Origin: Methanospirillum sp.
GTDB taxonomy: Archaea; Halobacteriota; Methanomicrobia; Methanomicrobiales; Methanospirillaceae
Length of the DNA: 49,227 nucleotides
Direction: 5' to 3'
Assembly: GCF_035560735.1 (NCBI RefSeq)
Contig: NZ_DATMYY010000291.1
Span: forward strand, 1-49,227
The translations under genes and the position numbers were made by a program. This document shows, piece after piece, positions 29,715 to 38,888 of this stretch (position 1 is the stretch's first letter; each line of letters begins with the position of its first letter). A model generated the notes under the pieces. It was given only the letters and a program-made list of their open reading frames with translations. It was not told the DNA's origin and made no database searches.

Positions 29715-29776
29715 CGGGATGTAGTCCCCAGAATCTATAAAACCACTGACGGAGAACAGCTGGGAAGCCACGATCG

Positions 29777-30472
29777 ATGAGATACAGTATCGTTATTCCG
29801 GCATATAATGAAGAGAAACGGATAGGAAATCTTCTGCGAAACCTCTCGGACCCACATGCAGAGTTTATCTTTGTCTGTGATGGAACAGACAGGACCCCGG
29901 AAGTGATACAAGAATTCTCATCAGGGCATCCGAATCTCACGGTTCGGTGTCTGAATAATTACTCACACAGACTTGGAAAAGGTGGCGGGGTTTATGAAGG
30001 ATTCAGGGCTGCAAAAGCTCCCCTGGTTGGGTTTATGGACGCAGACAACTCAACGGAATATTCGGAGATGCTCCGCCTGATAAACCAGATCGGCGATTAT
30101 GCCGGGATCATCGGCTCACGCCATATGCCTGATTCGACTGTGGAGATTCATCAGCCTCTATCACGAAGGGTCCAAAGCAGGGCATTCAATCTCATCATCA
30201 AACTGCTTTTCGGTCTGCAATTCTATGATACTCAATGCGGAGCAAAGGTCTTTCGCAAGGATGCGGTCGACAAAATTCTCCCTGCTTTACGGGCACGGGG
30301 GTTTGAGTTTGATGTAGAACTCCTCTGGCACATGAGGAGGGCCGGATTTCAGGTTCTGGAAGTACCGGTTATCTGGAATGATACCGGAGACTCCAGACTT
30401 CAGACATCAGATGCATTTTCCATGCTTTCCACTCTTCTTCGTCTGCGACTGGGTATCGGAGCCCATGACTGA
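29777..30472 (+). CDS. GT2 glycosyltransferase, dolichyl-phosphate glucosyltransferase-like
   Basis: SIVIPAYNE, GKGGGV, FMDADNST, DTQCGAKVF, FEFDVELL, EVPVIW. Confidence 0.9.
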   Translation: MRYSIVIPAYNEEKRIGNLLRNLSDPHAEFIFVCDGTDRTPEVIQEFSSGHPNLTVRCLNNYSHRLGKGGGVYEGFRAAKAPLVGFMDADNSTEYSEMLRLINQIGDYAGIIGSRHMPDSTVEIHQPLSRRVQSRAFNLIIKLLFGLQFYDTQCGAKVFRKDAVDKILPALRARGFEFDVELLWHMRRAGFQVLEVPVIWNDTGDSRLQTSDAFSMLSTLLRLRLGIGAHD

Positions 30473-32249
30473 CGCAGACAGAATCACGACCGAGGCATTC
30501 AAACTTTTTGAACAGGAGCAGTATTCAGCCTGCCTCGACCTGATCCAGTCCACTCCTCAGAGGTTGATTGATACAAGAATCCGGATCCTTGAAGCAATCT
30601 GCCTGTATAGTACTGGCTCCCTTGATGAAGCGGAAGTCTGTCTGCGTGATCTCAGGTCAAGGGTTCCTGATTCATCTGAAGTCTGTTTATACCTGGGAAA
30701 AGTACTTGAACGGAAAGGAGACGAAGGGGCCAGGGCAGAGTTTGCTGAAGCAGTCAGGCTGGCACCGGATCAGACAGAAGGAATCAGGCGATATGCCAGG
30801 TACCTTACAGGAGCAGGGGATCATCGGGCTGCACTCTGTCTGCTTAAAAGACTGGTTCTATTCACAGGCAAGGGTGAAGATATTGCTGGACTCATGCACT
30901 GCTATAGTGCTCTGGGTTTTTTTGAAGAGGGGATTGCACGATACAAACAGGCAGGAGCACCTGACGAATGCTTCAGGATATATCTCAATCTGCTTTTTGC
31001 ATCTGGAAGATACCAGGAACTTACTGACGAGATTGAAAGATCTCCAAACAAGCATGATCGCGATCTTATAATCCTCTCCTGTGAAGCCCGGGTTCACATA
31101 GATCCAGACAAGGCAGATCAGGAATTTCTTATCCATCTCAGGAAAAACCCCTCTGCTGAACTAGCCTCCCACTATACAAGATATCTTGAATCCCGGGGAC
31201 TTATCCAGGAAGCACTCGGAGTCTGGTCAACCTGGCTTGCAAGGAGTGAAAACCCGGCATACCAGTTGCAGGGAGCTTCCCTCATCGAGTCAGTATCAGG
31301 GCCAGAACAAGCGCTTGAACTTTATTCACAATTCCTTTTTGGAAGGGAGAACCATGATTCATTGAATTTAGGCACATGGCTCTCCTCCTTTCGTGAGCTT
31401 CTGGTCAAATCCAGAGGAAGTACTGTAGCACTTGACGAGACACTCACCCGAATCAGACCTGATCTTCATCCAGCCATTCAGGTAGGAATCGCAGAGTGGT
31501 GTGAGGAAGAAAGGAGACATAAAGATGCAAAACGCCTTTTCCTTCAGGCATTCAGGTCAGACCTGACAAACTCAGGTTTTTCTTATGCCAAGTACCTCGG
31601 ACGGAACAGTGAGAAGAGGGAACAGAAAAAAATTCTCGGATATATTCTGAAAACGATCAGAAAGGCAAGGGATCTAGAAATGATAGCAGGAAAAATCCTG
31701 ACGTTAACAGAGCCTGATCCTGATCTTATCTCACTTCTGAACCAGCGGTTTGAAGGGATTGTTTCTCTGCTCTCCCAGAAGGGACGTGAATTATACGCCC
31801 GCTGCCTTTCTCTGGAATCACAGCATGAACTCCAGGCAGGAAGTCCGGACAAAGCTCTCAAGCATGCCCTGACCGGACTTTCGATTGTTCCAGTTGATGC
31901 AAGCAGTGTTGCCGAATCACTTTTTACCCTCCTCGTTGCATCTAAAACTCAGGTTCTTCCTGACTTTATCCCGTCACAGATATGTCCGGCAACAAAACCG
32001 CAGGGCTCTCTGAGCAACACAGGACAAATATCTCTCTCATGGCTTGATCCAGGTGAAGAGGCAGTAGTTGAATACCTTCGAAAACACCGGGTCTGCAATG
32101 AGATGGATCTCAGGAAAGTGGCAGGAACCCGCAGAGTTGCCGGGCTTATGAACAGAATCATGAGAAAATCTGAGGAGCATGGGATCCATCTTGCAGACAA
32201 GGAAGGATACTCTGAGTTCGGGGAGATGTACCGATATGCAGGCCCCTGA
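30465..32249 (+). CDS. Large helical-repeat (TPR-like) protein with a C-terminal wHTH-like domain
   Basis: TPR-like repeats (YLGKVLERKGDEGARAEFAEAVRLAPD); ATG 30465 overlaps the GT2 end; basic tail EAVVEYLRKHRVCNEMDLRKVAGTRRVAGLMNRI. Confidence 0.75.
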   Translation: MTDADRITTEAFKLFEQEQYSACLDLIQSTPQRLIDTRIRILEAICLYSTGSLDEAEVCLRDLRSRVPDSSEVCLYLGKVLERKGDEGARAEFAEAVRLAPDQTEGIRRYARYLTGAGDHRAALCLLKRLVLFTGKGEDIAGLMHCYSALGFFEEGIARYKQAGAPDECFRIYLNLLFASGRYQELTDEIERSPNKHDRDLIILSCEARVHIDPDKADQEFLIHLRKNPSAELASHYTRYLESRGLIQEALGVWSTWLARSENPAYQLQGASLIESVSGPEQALELYSQFLFGRENHDSLNLGTWLSSFRELLVKSRGSTVALDETLTRIRPDLHPAIQVGIAEWCEEERRHKDAKRLFLQAFRSDLTNSGFSYAKYLGRNSEKREQKKILGYILKTIRKARDLEMIAGKILTLTEPDPDLISLLNQRFEGIVSLLSQKGRELYARCLSLESQHELQAGSPDKALKHALTGLSIVPVDASSVAESLFTLLVASKTQVLPDFIPSQICPATKPQGSLSNTGQISLSWLDPGEEAVVEYLRKHRVCNEMDLRKVAGTRRVAGLMNRIMRKSEEHGIHLADKEGYSEFGEMYRYAGP

Positions 32250-33534
32250 CATCTCTGACGCATCGGTCCTTGAGAGCATCGGAATCATCAACGCACTCAG
32301 ACGTGGGACGGTTCCTGCCCAGGGACTTGGAAGGTTCGCAGTTGGTCTTTCTACTGAAGAGCAGGTGATCGCTGATCAGATGGATCTTGTCTCAAAAGGT
32401 GGCGCAGATATCAAGTTCATCAGAGGGGAGTACGGAAGCGGTAAGACATTTCTCATAGCACGGGCCCTAGAGATTGCACGAAAAAAAGGATTTGTAACTG
32501 CCCACGTGGCAATATCTCCGGTTGCTCCTCTTCACCGCCTTCGGTCCCTGTATGCTCAGATCGCAACATCACTTCATGCAGGAGGTGAACAGCAGGCGTT
32601 CAGATCTATCATTGATGCCTGGCTGTTTGGGATAGAACAGCGGGTCAGTGCACGGGAGGGGTCAGCGATTCCATCTGAGCGTCTTGAAGAACTCACCCTC
32701 CAGGAGGTTGAGTATGCTCTTGCTGACATCAGTCTGCTGAATGCACCTGTTGCCGCTGTTATCAGAACATATTATCTTGCAAACAACGCAGCAGACTTCA
32801 GGACTTCTCAGGCAGCCATCGGATGGCTCTGTGGGGATCCCAATATCGGAAGAGACCTGAGACAAAAGGCAGGAATCAGAGGCGATATCGGTGACTCATC
32901 TATATTCCCTCTCCTTGAAGCACTCCCGGTGTTCGTAACCGGGGCAGGATACCAGGGGTGTGTGGTCGCCATAGATGAACTTGAGATAACCCAGACCTTC
33001 CCCCGAAATCTCCGGGAGCGGGGATTTCAGAACTTGGTCAGAATAATTGATGCAATTGACGGGGGGCTGCTGCCTCGCTGGTATCTTATCTGTGCAGGAA
33101 CTCCCATGTTATATGATGGGCCGCGTGGAATGAGGCCGGTTACTCCCCTGTACGATAGAATAGGTCAGACACCAAAGGAAGGAGAGTTCCCAAACCCAAG
33201 GCAGCCGCAGATTCTGCTCAAACCGTTCAGTCCTGATCGGCTTGAAGAGGTTGCCCACCGAATAGCCGGAGTATACGAAGAAGCATACGGGGAGGTTGAC
33301 AGGAGCCGGATATCACACAGGTTTATCAGAACAATGGTAAACCGGGTGAGCACGGCATTTGGCGGAAGGATCGACATCATCCCGCGGTTATTTCTCAAGG
33401 AGTTCGTGGATATTCTAGATAAATGCGATCTGTACCCTGATTATGATCCGATGTCAGTGTACCAGACAGATCCACTCGACCTTCAGGAAATCCTCACAGA
33501 CGAAGAAAAAGCAGTGATGCAGATCAGGTTCTGA
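32236..33534 (+). CDS. BrxD-like (DUF2791) P-loop ATPase
   Basis: IINALRRGTVP..GLGRFAVG, KFIRGEYGSGKTF Walker A, AIGWLCG, GYQGCVVAIDELE Walker B, PRLFLKEFVDILD. Confidence 0.85.
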   Translation: MQAPDISDASVLESIGIINALRRGTVPAQGLGRFAVGLSTEEQVIADQMDLVSKGGADIKFIRGEYGSGKTFLIARALEIARKKGFVTAHVAISPVAPLHRLRSLYAQIATSLHAGGEQQAFRSIIDAWLFGIEQRVSAREGSAIPSERLEELTLQEVEYALADISLLNAPVAAVIRTYYLANNAADFRTSQAAIGWLCGDPNIGRDLRQKAGIRGDIGDSSIFPLLEALPVFVTGAGYQGCVVAIDELEITQTFPRNLRERGFQNLVRIIDAIDGGLLPRWYLICAGTPMLYDGPRGMRPVTPLYDRIGQTPKEGEFPNPRQPQILLKPFSPDRLEEVAHRIAGVYEEAYGEVDRSRISHRFIRTMVNRVSTAFGGRIDIIPRLFLKEFVDILDKCDLYPDYDPMSVYQTDPLDLQEILTDEEKAVMQIRF

Positions 33535-34788
33535 TCAAATCTCCCTTCTGATGCGGGATGATGCTGCGTGAGCATGCAGCCCTTCAGCAGTTGCGAGTCG
33601 CTCAACAACATCGCCGATGGCATCTATCCCTTCACGTGAGATGATCTGAACCGTTGATGTCTTGGTAAAATGTGATACATTAAGCCCGGAGTAGAGTTTT
33701 GCATTTCCTGCCGTGGGAAGAACATGATTTGTGCCTGAAGCATAATCACCGCAGGCAACAGGAGCATACTGACCGACAAATATTGAGCCAGCATTCCTTA
33801 CTTTCTGCAGAACGGGAAGAGGATCCTGAACCTGGATGGAGAGATGTTCTGGTGCTATTTTGTCTGATGTCGCAATCGCATCAGCAATATCATTCACAAC
33901 CAGATATCCTGACTGATCAAGTGCCTGCCTGATGATCTCTTGTCTTGGGGCTTCAGCTACGAGACGTTCAATCCAGTCACCGACCTGCGCAGGAAGACTG
34001 GGATCAGTGGTGATTAGAACTGAAGCGGCCTGGGGATCATGCTCAGACTGGGCAAGAATATCTGCAGCGACAAAATCCGGACGGGCTGTATGATCAGCGA
34101 TGATTGCGATCTCTGATGGGCCGGCAGGAAAGTCAATCTCAACCCTTCCCCTGAGCATCATCTTTGCTGCCGTTACGTACGCATTTCCAGGACCTACAAT
34201 CTTCTGAACCGGTCTGATCGTATCGGTTCCAAGAGCCATCGCAGCAATAGCCTGGGCCCCTCCTACAGTATAAATGTCAGTCACCCCTGCAATGTCAGCA
34301 GCAACAAGGGTCAGGGGGTTTGCAGGAGGAGGAGTACAGCAGATGATCTCATTTACTCCTGCTACCTGGGCTGGCACTGCACACATCAGCACAGTTGACG
34401 GGTATGCCGCGCGACCCCCGGGAACGTACATTCCGATTCGTTCCAGCGGAGTAGTTTTAACCCCGAGTGTAATACCATCTTCAGTTCCGGAAAACCAGAG
34501 ATCTTTCTGCCTCTGTAGTTCATGAAAGGTCCATATCCGTGAAAACGCTTCAGTCAGTGCTTCGACGATTTCAGGATCGACCGATTCATATGCCTCATCG
34601 ATCTCATCTTCACTAACCCTGAGATGATCCAGCCTGATCTTGTCAAACCGCTCACACAGATCGAAGAGGGCTTCATCACCCCCCCCTGTTACCTCATCAA
34701 TGATATTCTGAACTGCACCTGTAACATCGGTCAGTGTTGCCTGCTGACGGGAGAGCCAGGTATCAAGCGTGAGAGCGGTCCACACCAT
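33535..34788 (-). CDS. hisD: Histidinol dehydrogenase
   Basis: [61 protein letters not shown]. Confidence 0.97.
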   Translation of the reverse strand: MVWTALTLDTWLSRQQATLTDVTGAVQNIIDEVTGGGDEALFDLCERFDKIRLDHLRVSEDEIDEAYESVDPEIVEALTEAFSRIWTFHELQRQKDLWFSGTEDGITLGVKTTPLERIGMYVPGGRAAYPSTVLMCAVPAQVAGVNEIICCTPPPANPLTLVAADIAGVTDIYTVGGAQAIAAMALGTDTIRPVQKIVGPGNAYVTAAKMMLRGRVEIDFPAGPSEIAIIADHTARPDFVAADILAQSEHDPQAASVLITTDPSLPAQVGDWIERLVAEAPRQEIIRQALDQSGYLVVNDIADAIATSDKIAPEHLSIQVQDPLPVLQKVRNAGSIFVGQYAPVACGDYASGTNHVLPTAGNAKLYSGLNVSHFTKTSTVQIISREGIDAIGDVVERLATAEGLHAHAASSRIRREI

Positions 34789-34840
34789 GGGATATACGTA
34801 TGATATGCCCGGTAAAAAATGAGTACGCCAGCAGTTGGCG

Positions 34841-35386
34841 CTATCCTGATTGAGAACCTATGGCGGCGTCCCATCGCCATACATAGAACCCTGGTGTCGG
34901 GCGTGCAACTTTTCCTTTGAGAAGTTCACGCATCATCTTCTCCAGGTTCAGGTACAGAAGAACCATCTGTTCAGTGCCGCCTCCAGATTCTTCCACAACC
35001 CGTATTATCCCTTTCACGTAGTCTTCAATACCATGACAGGCAGATATGTCCACAGGCATAACCTCCCTGAATTCCACTTTTCTGATCATGGAAACCTCAT
35101 CTACAGAAACAGCCATGGGAGTCTCCATCACCTTTCCTGCCGGAATAATCATGGTTCGTCTGCGATTGGATTCTGCTGCCTTTTCCATCCCAAGAAGTGG
35201 TGCGACATTAATAGCAGGGATCATCTCCTGCTTCCATTCGACCATACCGTCAATATACGGGGGGGCATCATACACCTCGACTGTCGGAAGTGGAACAATG
35301 AACTTATCGATAATGTTGCTGTCTATCAGGTAATGATCTCTTCCAAGTTGTATCTCCACAAGGGTAAGGAATTCCTCCACCTGCAT
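34841..35386 (-). CDS. CheW-like protein (orphan)
   Basis: APPYIDGMVEWKQEMIPAINVAPLLG, AVSVDEVS, VKGII, LLYLNLEKM. Confidence 0.75.
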   Translation of the reverse strand: MQVEEFLTLVEIQLGRDHYLIDSNIIDKFIVPLPTVEVYDAPPYIDGMVEWKQEMIPAINVAPLLGMEKAAESNRRRTMIIPAGKVMETPMAVSVDEVSMIRKVEFREVMPVDISACHGIEDYVKGIIRVVEESGGGTEQMVLLYLNLEKMMRELLKGKVARPTPGFYVWRWDAAIGSQSG

Positions 35387-35624
35387 CCCCCTGTCTCCTA
35401 AAGGAGACGTATTATATCAGTGTGTGTCTCGCCCATATTGATACCTTCCTGAGTTAAACCTTAGCAGAAGTCATATTCAAAGTCCCACCAGATGGATCTC
35501 ATTGTTTCGTTTAACCAGGACAGAGATACAAAGGTCTATCCAGATTCATTGTTAATATAAGATCATTTCTGCTTTGGTGCCATCTGCCGTGGGGCTGAAG
35601 CACAAGAAGATATGGGCAGGGGAC

Positions 35625-36209
35625 ATGGATACAACCGTTCAGTTACACAGGCTGCTTCTTTTCTCACTTGGAGAAGGAACCTATGCGGCAGACGTCTCAT
35701 ACATCAGAGAGATAGTGCAGGATCAACAGAAGATTCCTCTTCCAAATGCCCCGGATTATATTCCAGGGGTCTTCAATCTGCGAAGTGATGTCGTCAAAGT
35801 GATAGATATCAGACGTATCATTCCACTTTCTGGAGAAGGGACAAAGAAGAAGATCATTGTATTTATACCTGAGAACGACTCCTCAACACGATTCGGAATG
35901 GTCGTAGACGAGGTCTATGGTATCATGGAAATCCCTTCAGACTGTGTCTCTCTTCTTGACCGGACAAATGCAGGCATCCAGAATAATTTTATGATTGGCT
36001 TCTTAACGTTCTCACTAACCGAGTTCCTCAACCAGTCAAGCAGAAAATTCGCAGCCGGAGATGATGAAGTCGTCTGGATAGATTTTGAGGATATGATCCA
36101 GACTATCATTGATGAAGAAAAAGCCCAGAATATTGTTTTCCGTCTGACTGCCCTCTTCAATCCCCAGTACCTCTTCTCAGACAACTGGAGATCACTACAG
36201 AATAAATAA
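35625..36209 (+). CDS. CheW-like protein (orphan)
   Basis: LLFSLGEGTYAADVSYIREIV, LPNAPDYIPGVFNLRSDVVKVID, FGMVVDEV; start 35625 preferred. Confidence 0.82.
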   Translation: MDTTVQLHRLLLFSLGEGTYAADVSYIREIVQDQQKIPLPNAPDYIPGVFNLRSDVVKVIDIRRIIPLSGEGTKKKIIVFIPENDSSTRFGMVVDEVYGIMEIPSDCVSLLDRTNAGIQNNFMIGFLTFSLTEFLNQSSRKFAAGDDEVVWIDFEDMIQTIIDEEKAQNIVFRLTALFNPQYLFSDNWRSLQNK

Positions 36210-36214
36210 GAAGA

Positions 36215-37195
36215 TCAGACTGCAATTCGCAGTTTCTGATCCTTTCCTTTGAGAAATCCGACCTTTTTGAGATCATCCAGAATTGCATCGATGTACTCAC
36301 CGCTCAAATGGAGTGCAATCTTCGCCCCGTCGTCGCTGGTTTCTACATCGCGGTTTGCAAACTCGTTGATAATATTCTCTCTGGAGACTTTTCCCTCTTC
36401 CTTGATAAGGGCGAGAATCTCGGATACCAGGATGTGCTTGATCTGAAGTCTTGGGAAGAATGAGGCGCCATCCTCTTCTTCGACTTCATATTTCTCAAGA
36501 AATTCCCCAATCTTATCCAGATCATCAAGGAATACATATTCTGAACCTATTGAGACGAGCCATTCACCGTCATCCCCTGCTGTGATGGTGCTAACCACGT
36601 TGTATTTTTCAAGAATTTCATCCCTGATCTCAGGGATCTCATCTGCAAACACCGTCAGGGTTGACTCGTCAGGTTCTATCTTTTTTGAAAGAACAAGACC
36701 GTCCTCCCCAATCTCCAGGAGCTCATTCAGATGAAGCAGCCTGGTAAGATAGACTTCTTCGATGATCTGCTCAAGAATATCTTCGCCCTCATCTCCATCA
36801 AGTGTACGGTCTCCTGTGACGAGATCCATCACACCTGATCCCACTCGATCTCCCACCTGGTACTTCTCAAGCGCCTGTGCGATTGCATCGCGTTGTGGAG
36901 TCAGTTGATCACGGGCCATGGCGAAAGATTCTGACTCCTCCTCTGTGGTCTGTGGATCTGATATCATGCTATCAAACATAGCAGCGAGATTCAGGTAGGT
37001 TCCACTGAGCATCAACCGTACATCAAGGGAAAATTTCTGTCGTACCTGGGATGATATTCCCATATCCTTCAGGACCTTTACAAATTCCCTTGCAATATCA
37101 TGTGATGAAAAATAGATCTCTTCTTCCAGAACCATGGAGGACTCCACATTTCTTTTGTTTCTGCTGATGATATCCTTGCCGGCAGCCTGAGCCAC
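36215..37195 (-). CDS. Acidic hypothetical protein, possible C-terminal winged helix
   Basis: 326-aa ORF, D/E-rich, ends ILDDLKKVGFLKGKDQKLRIAV; start uncertain. Confidence 0.65.
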   Translation of the reverse strand: MAQAAGKDIISRNKRNVESSMVLEEEIYFSSHDIAREFVKVLKDMGISSQVRQKFSLDVRLMLSGTYLNLAAMFDSMISDPQTTEEESESFAMARDQLTPQRDAIAQALEKYQVGDRVGSGVMDLVTGDRTLDGDEGEDILEQIIEEVYLTRLLHLNELLEIGEDGLVLSKKIEPDESTLTVFADEIPEIRDEILEKYNVVSTITAGDDGEWLVSIGSEYVFLDDLDKIGEFLEKYEVEEEDGASFFPRLQIKHILVSEILALIKEEGKVSRENIINEFANRDVETSDDGAKIALHLSGEYIDAILDDLKKVGFLKGKDQKLRIAV

Positions 37196-37208
37196 AAAAA
37201 GAAGACAT

Positions 37209-37795
37209 TTATGAGTGTATCTTTTTTAAAAGCCATGCCATGTTATGACTCAGCAATTCCATCGTTGCAAATCCTTCTTCATCATCTTCAACGCCGCCCA
37301 GTCCGCTACCAAGGCCCACATTCCAGTAACTGGACACGGGAATGATCATCTGGGAGGTCAGAAAGAAGTGGTTGATGGTATCTAAAGCATGAATAGCCCC
37401 TGCCCTGCGCATAGAAATTACAGTTGCATCCACTTTACACTGAAAGAGATCTCCGTTTGCCTTTCCAATCATTCCGCATCGATCAATGAATGCTTTCATT
37501 TCAGCAGTTACATCTGCGAAGTACGTAGGGGATGCGAGGATAATGCCATCTGCCTCAATCATCTTTTGTACAAACTCATTGAGAGAGTCTGATCCGATGA
37601 TGCATTCTTTATTCTGGTTTTCATAGCACCGGCTACAGGCTTTGCATCCCTGGAGAGGTCTGCACCCAATCCTTACCAATTCTGTCTCTACCACTCCCTC
37701 AAGACCTCAAAAAAACTCTGATCATAAGCTCACTGTTTCCTTCCTGGACTTGCGGAGAAATCCACCACTTTCAAAACTGATGGATGGACGCTCAT
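37209..37795 (-). pseudogene. Iron-sulfur flavoprotein (Isf/flavodoxin family), frameshifted at the 5' end
   Basis: Intact part has GCKACSRC..C, ILASPTYF, RRAG, SSYWN; the missing N-terminus is scattered across frames upstream (LKVVDFSASP / EGNSELMIR / FEVL). Confidence 0.7.
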
Positions 37796-37854
37796 GATAT
37801 AAAATTACAGACTCTGTGATCTTCGTTCACATATGGGTTGAACAAAAAAGGAAT

Positions 37855-38505
37855 TTAGAAGAAAGGTCCTGCAAGATTATAATTCAGGGCTGAAAAGAGA
37901 ATTGCAAACGCAATGAGCACCATCGCAATGTATACAGGGGTGTTCCAGGGAAGGATTTTTGCTCCATCCAGTGGACCGAGAGGCAGGAGGTTGAATGCCG
38001 CTATCATTGCATTGATCCTGATTCCCATAATGCCCACAAGAGCAACTTCGAATATGCCAATATTTATTCCGACTATCAGCAGGAGTGAAAACGGGATGAG
38101 AAGAAGCAGATTGCTCAGGGGCCCTGCCAGTGAGATCTTTCCATTCTCCTCCTCTGATATTTGAGAACCGTAGATCATGGTTGCTCCGGGTGCAGCAAAT
38201 ACTACTTTTGCGAGAGCAGCTACCGCGACTGCAACCACAAGCATGGTAGGGTTCATCTGAAACTCTGCCCAGTATCCATACCGCATTGCAGTGAATTTGT
38301 GAGCCATCTCGTGGACGATAAACGCCACTCCCGCAGTGATCATTGAGATCACGAACATTTCAAGGATCAGAGTTGGTATGAGTCTGCTCGTCCCGATCAT
38401 AGCCACGGTGAACGCCGCAGAAAGTGCAAGCCAGGCGATCAGGAGATCGCGTCTCTCTCGCTGCGGTATTTGTTCCCAGATATGCATGGGTATCAGGTTT
38501 AGCAT
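37855..38505 (-). CDS. Site-2 protease family (M50) membrane metalloprotease
   Basis: HEMAH, ISLAGPLSN, FNLLPLGPLDG. Confidence 0.9.
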   Translation of the reverse strand: MLNLIPMHIWEQIPQRERRDLLIAWLALSAAFTVAMIGTSRLIPTLILEMFVISMITAGVAFIVHEMAHKFTAMRYGYWAEFQMNPTMLVVAVAVAALAKVVFAAPGATMIYGSQISEEENGKISLAGPLSNLLLLIPFSLLLIVGINIGIFEVALVGIMGIRINAMIAAFNLLPLGPLDGAKILPWNTPVYIAMVLIAFAILFSALNYNLAGPFF

Positions 38506-38604
38506 CAGGTCTTAAAAATCAGGGTCATCAGTTCATGTCAAGGCACTTGTACCACAATGACCCGACGCCCTTATTTCAGCCAGGCAGATATCTGTACTCA
38601 TAAA

Positions 38605-38880
38605 ATGTCACTGGAGAAACTCAGGGGTGAGATAGAAGCTGTTGATCTTGAGATCATGAGGCTGATTAAAGCGCGGATGGATATATCTATAAAAATCGCA
38701 GAGGAAAAGGCGGCTGTCGGTGCTCCCACCCGGGATCCTGAACGCGTGGAAGTGGTCCTGAACCACGTTGCCAGACAGGCTGAACTGTCAGGTATTGATC
38801 CCGGTCCAATAAGGAACATCTTTACAACGCTTATCAGGATGAGCGAGAGTCTTCAGGATAAAAAGAGGGGAAGTGAGTGA
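38605..38880 (+). CDS. Chorismate mutase (AroQ type, stand-alone)
   Basis: LEKLRGEIEAVD.EI..LI..R, RDPERV, IF..LI..S. Confidence 0.85.
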   Translation: MSLEKLRGEIEAVDLEIMRLIKARMDISIKIAEEKAAVGAPTRDPERVEVVLNHVARQAELSGIDPGPIRNIFTTLIRMSESLQDKKRGSE

Positions 38881-38888
38881 CAACTATC

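Noticed and set aside
32236-33534. Calling a complete BREX system
   Set aside because: Only a BrxD-like gene is present; there is no pglZ, pglX, brxC/pglY or helicase in the window.
37695-37795. Programmed frameshift or stop readthrough restoring the Isf gene
   Set aside because: More than one frame change is needed and conserved residues elsewhere look degraded.
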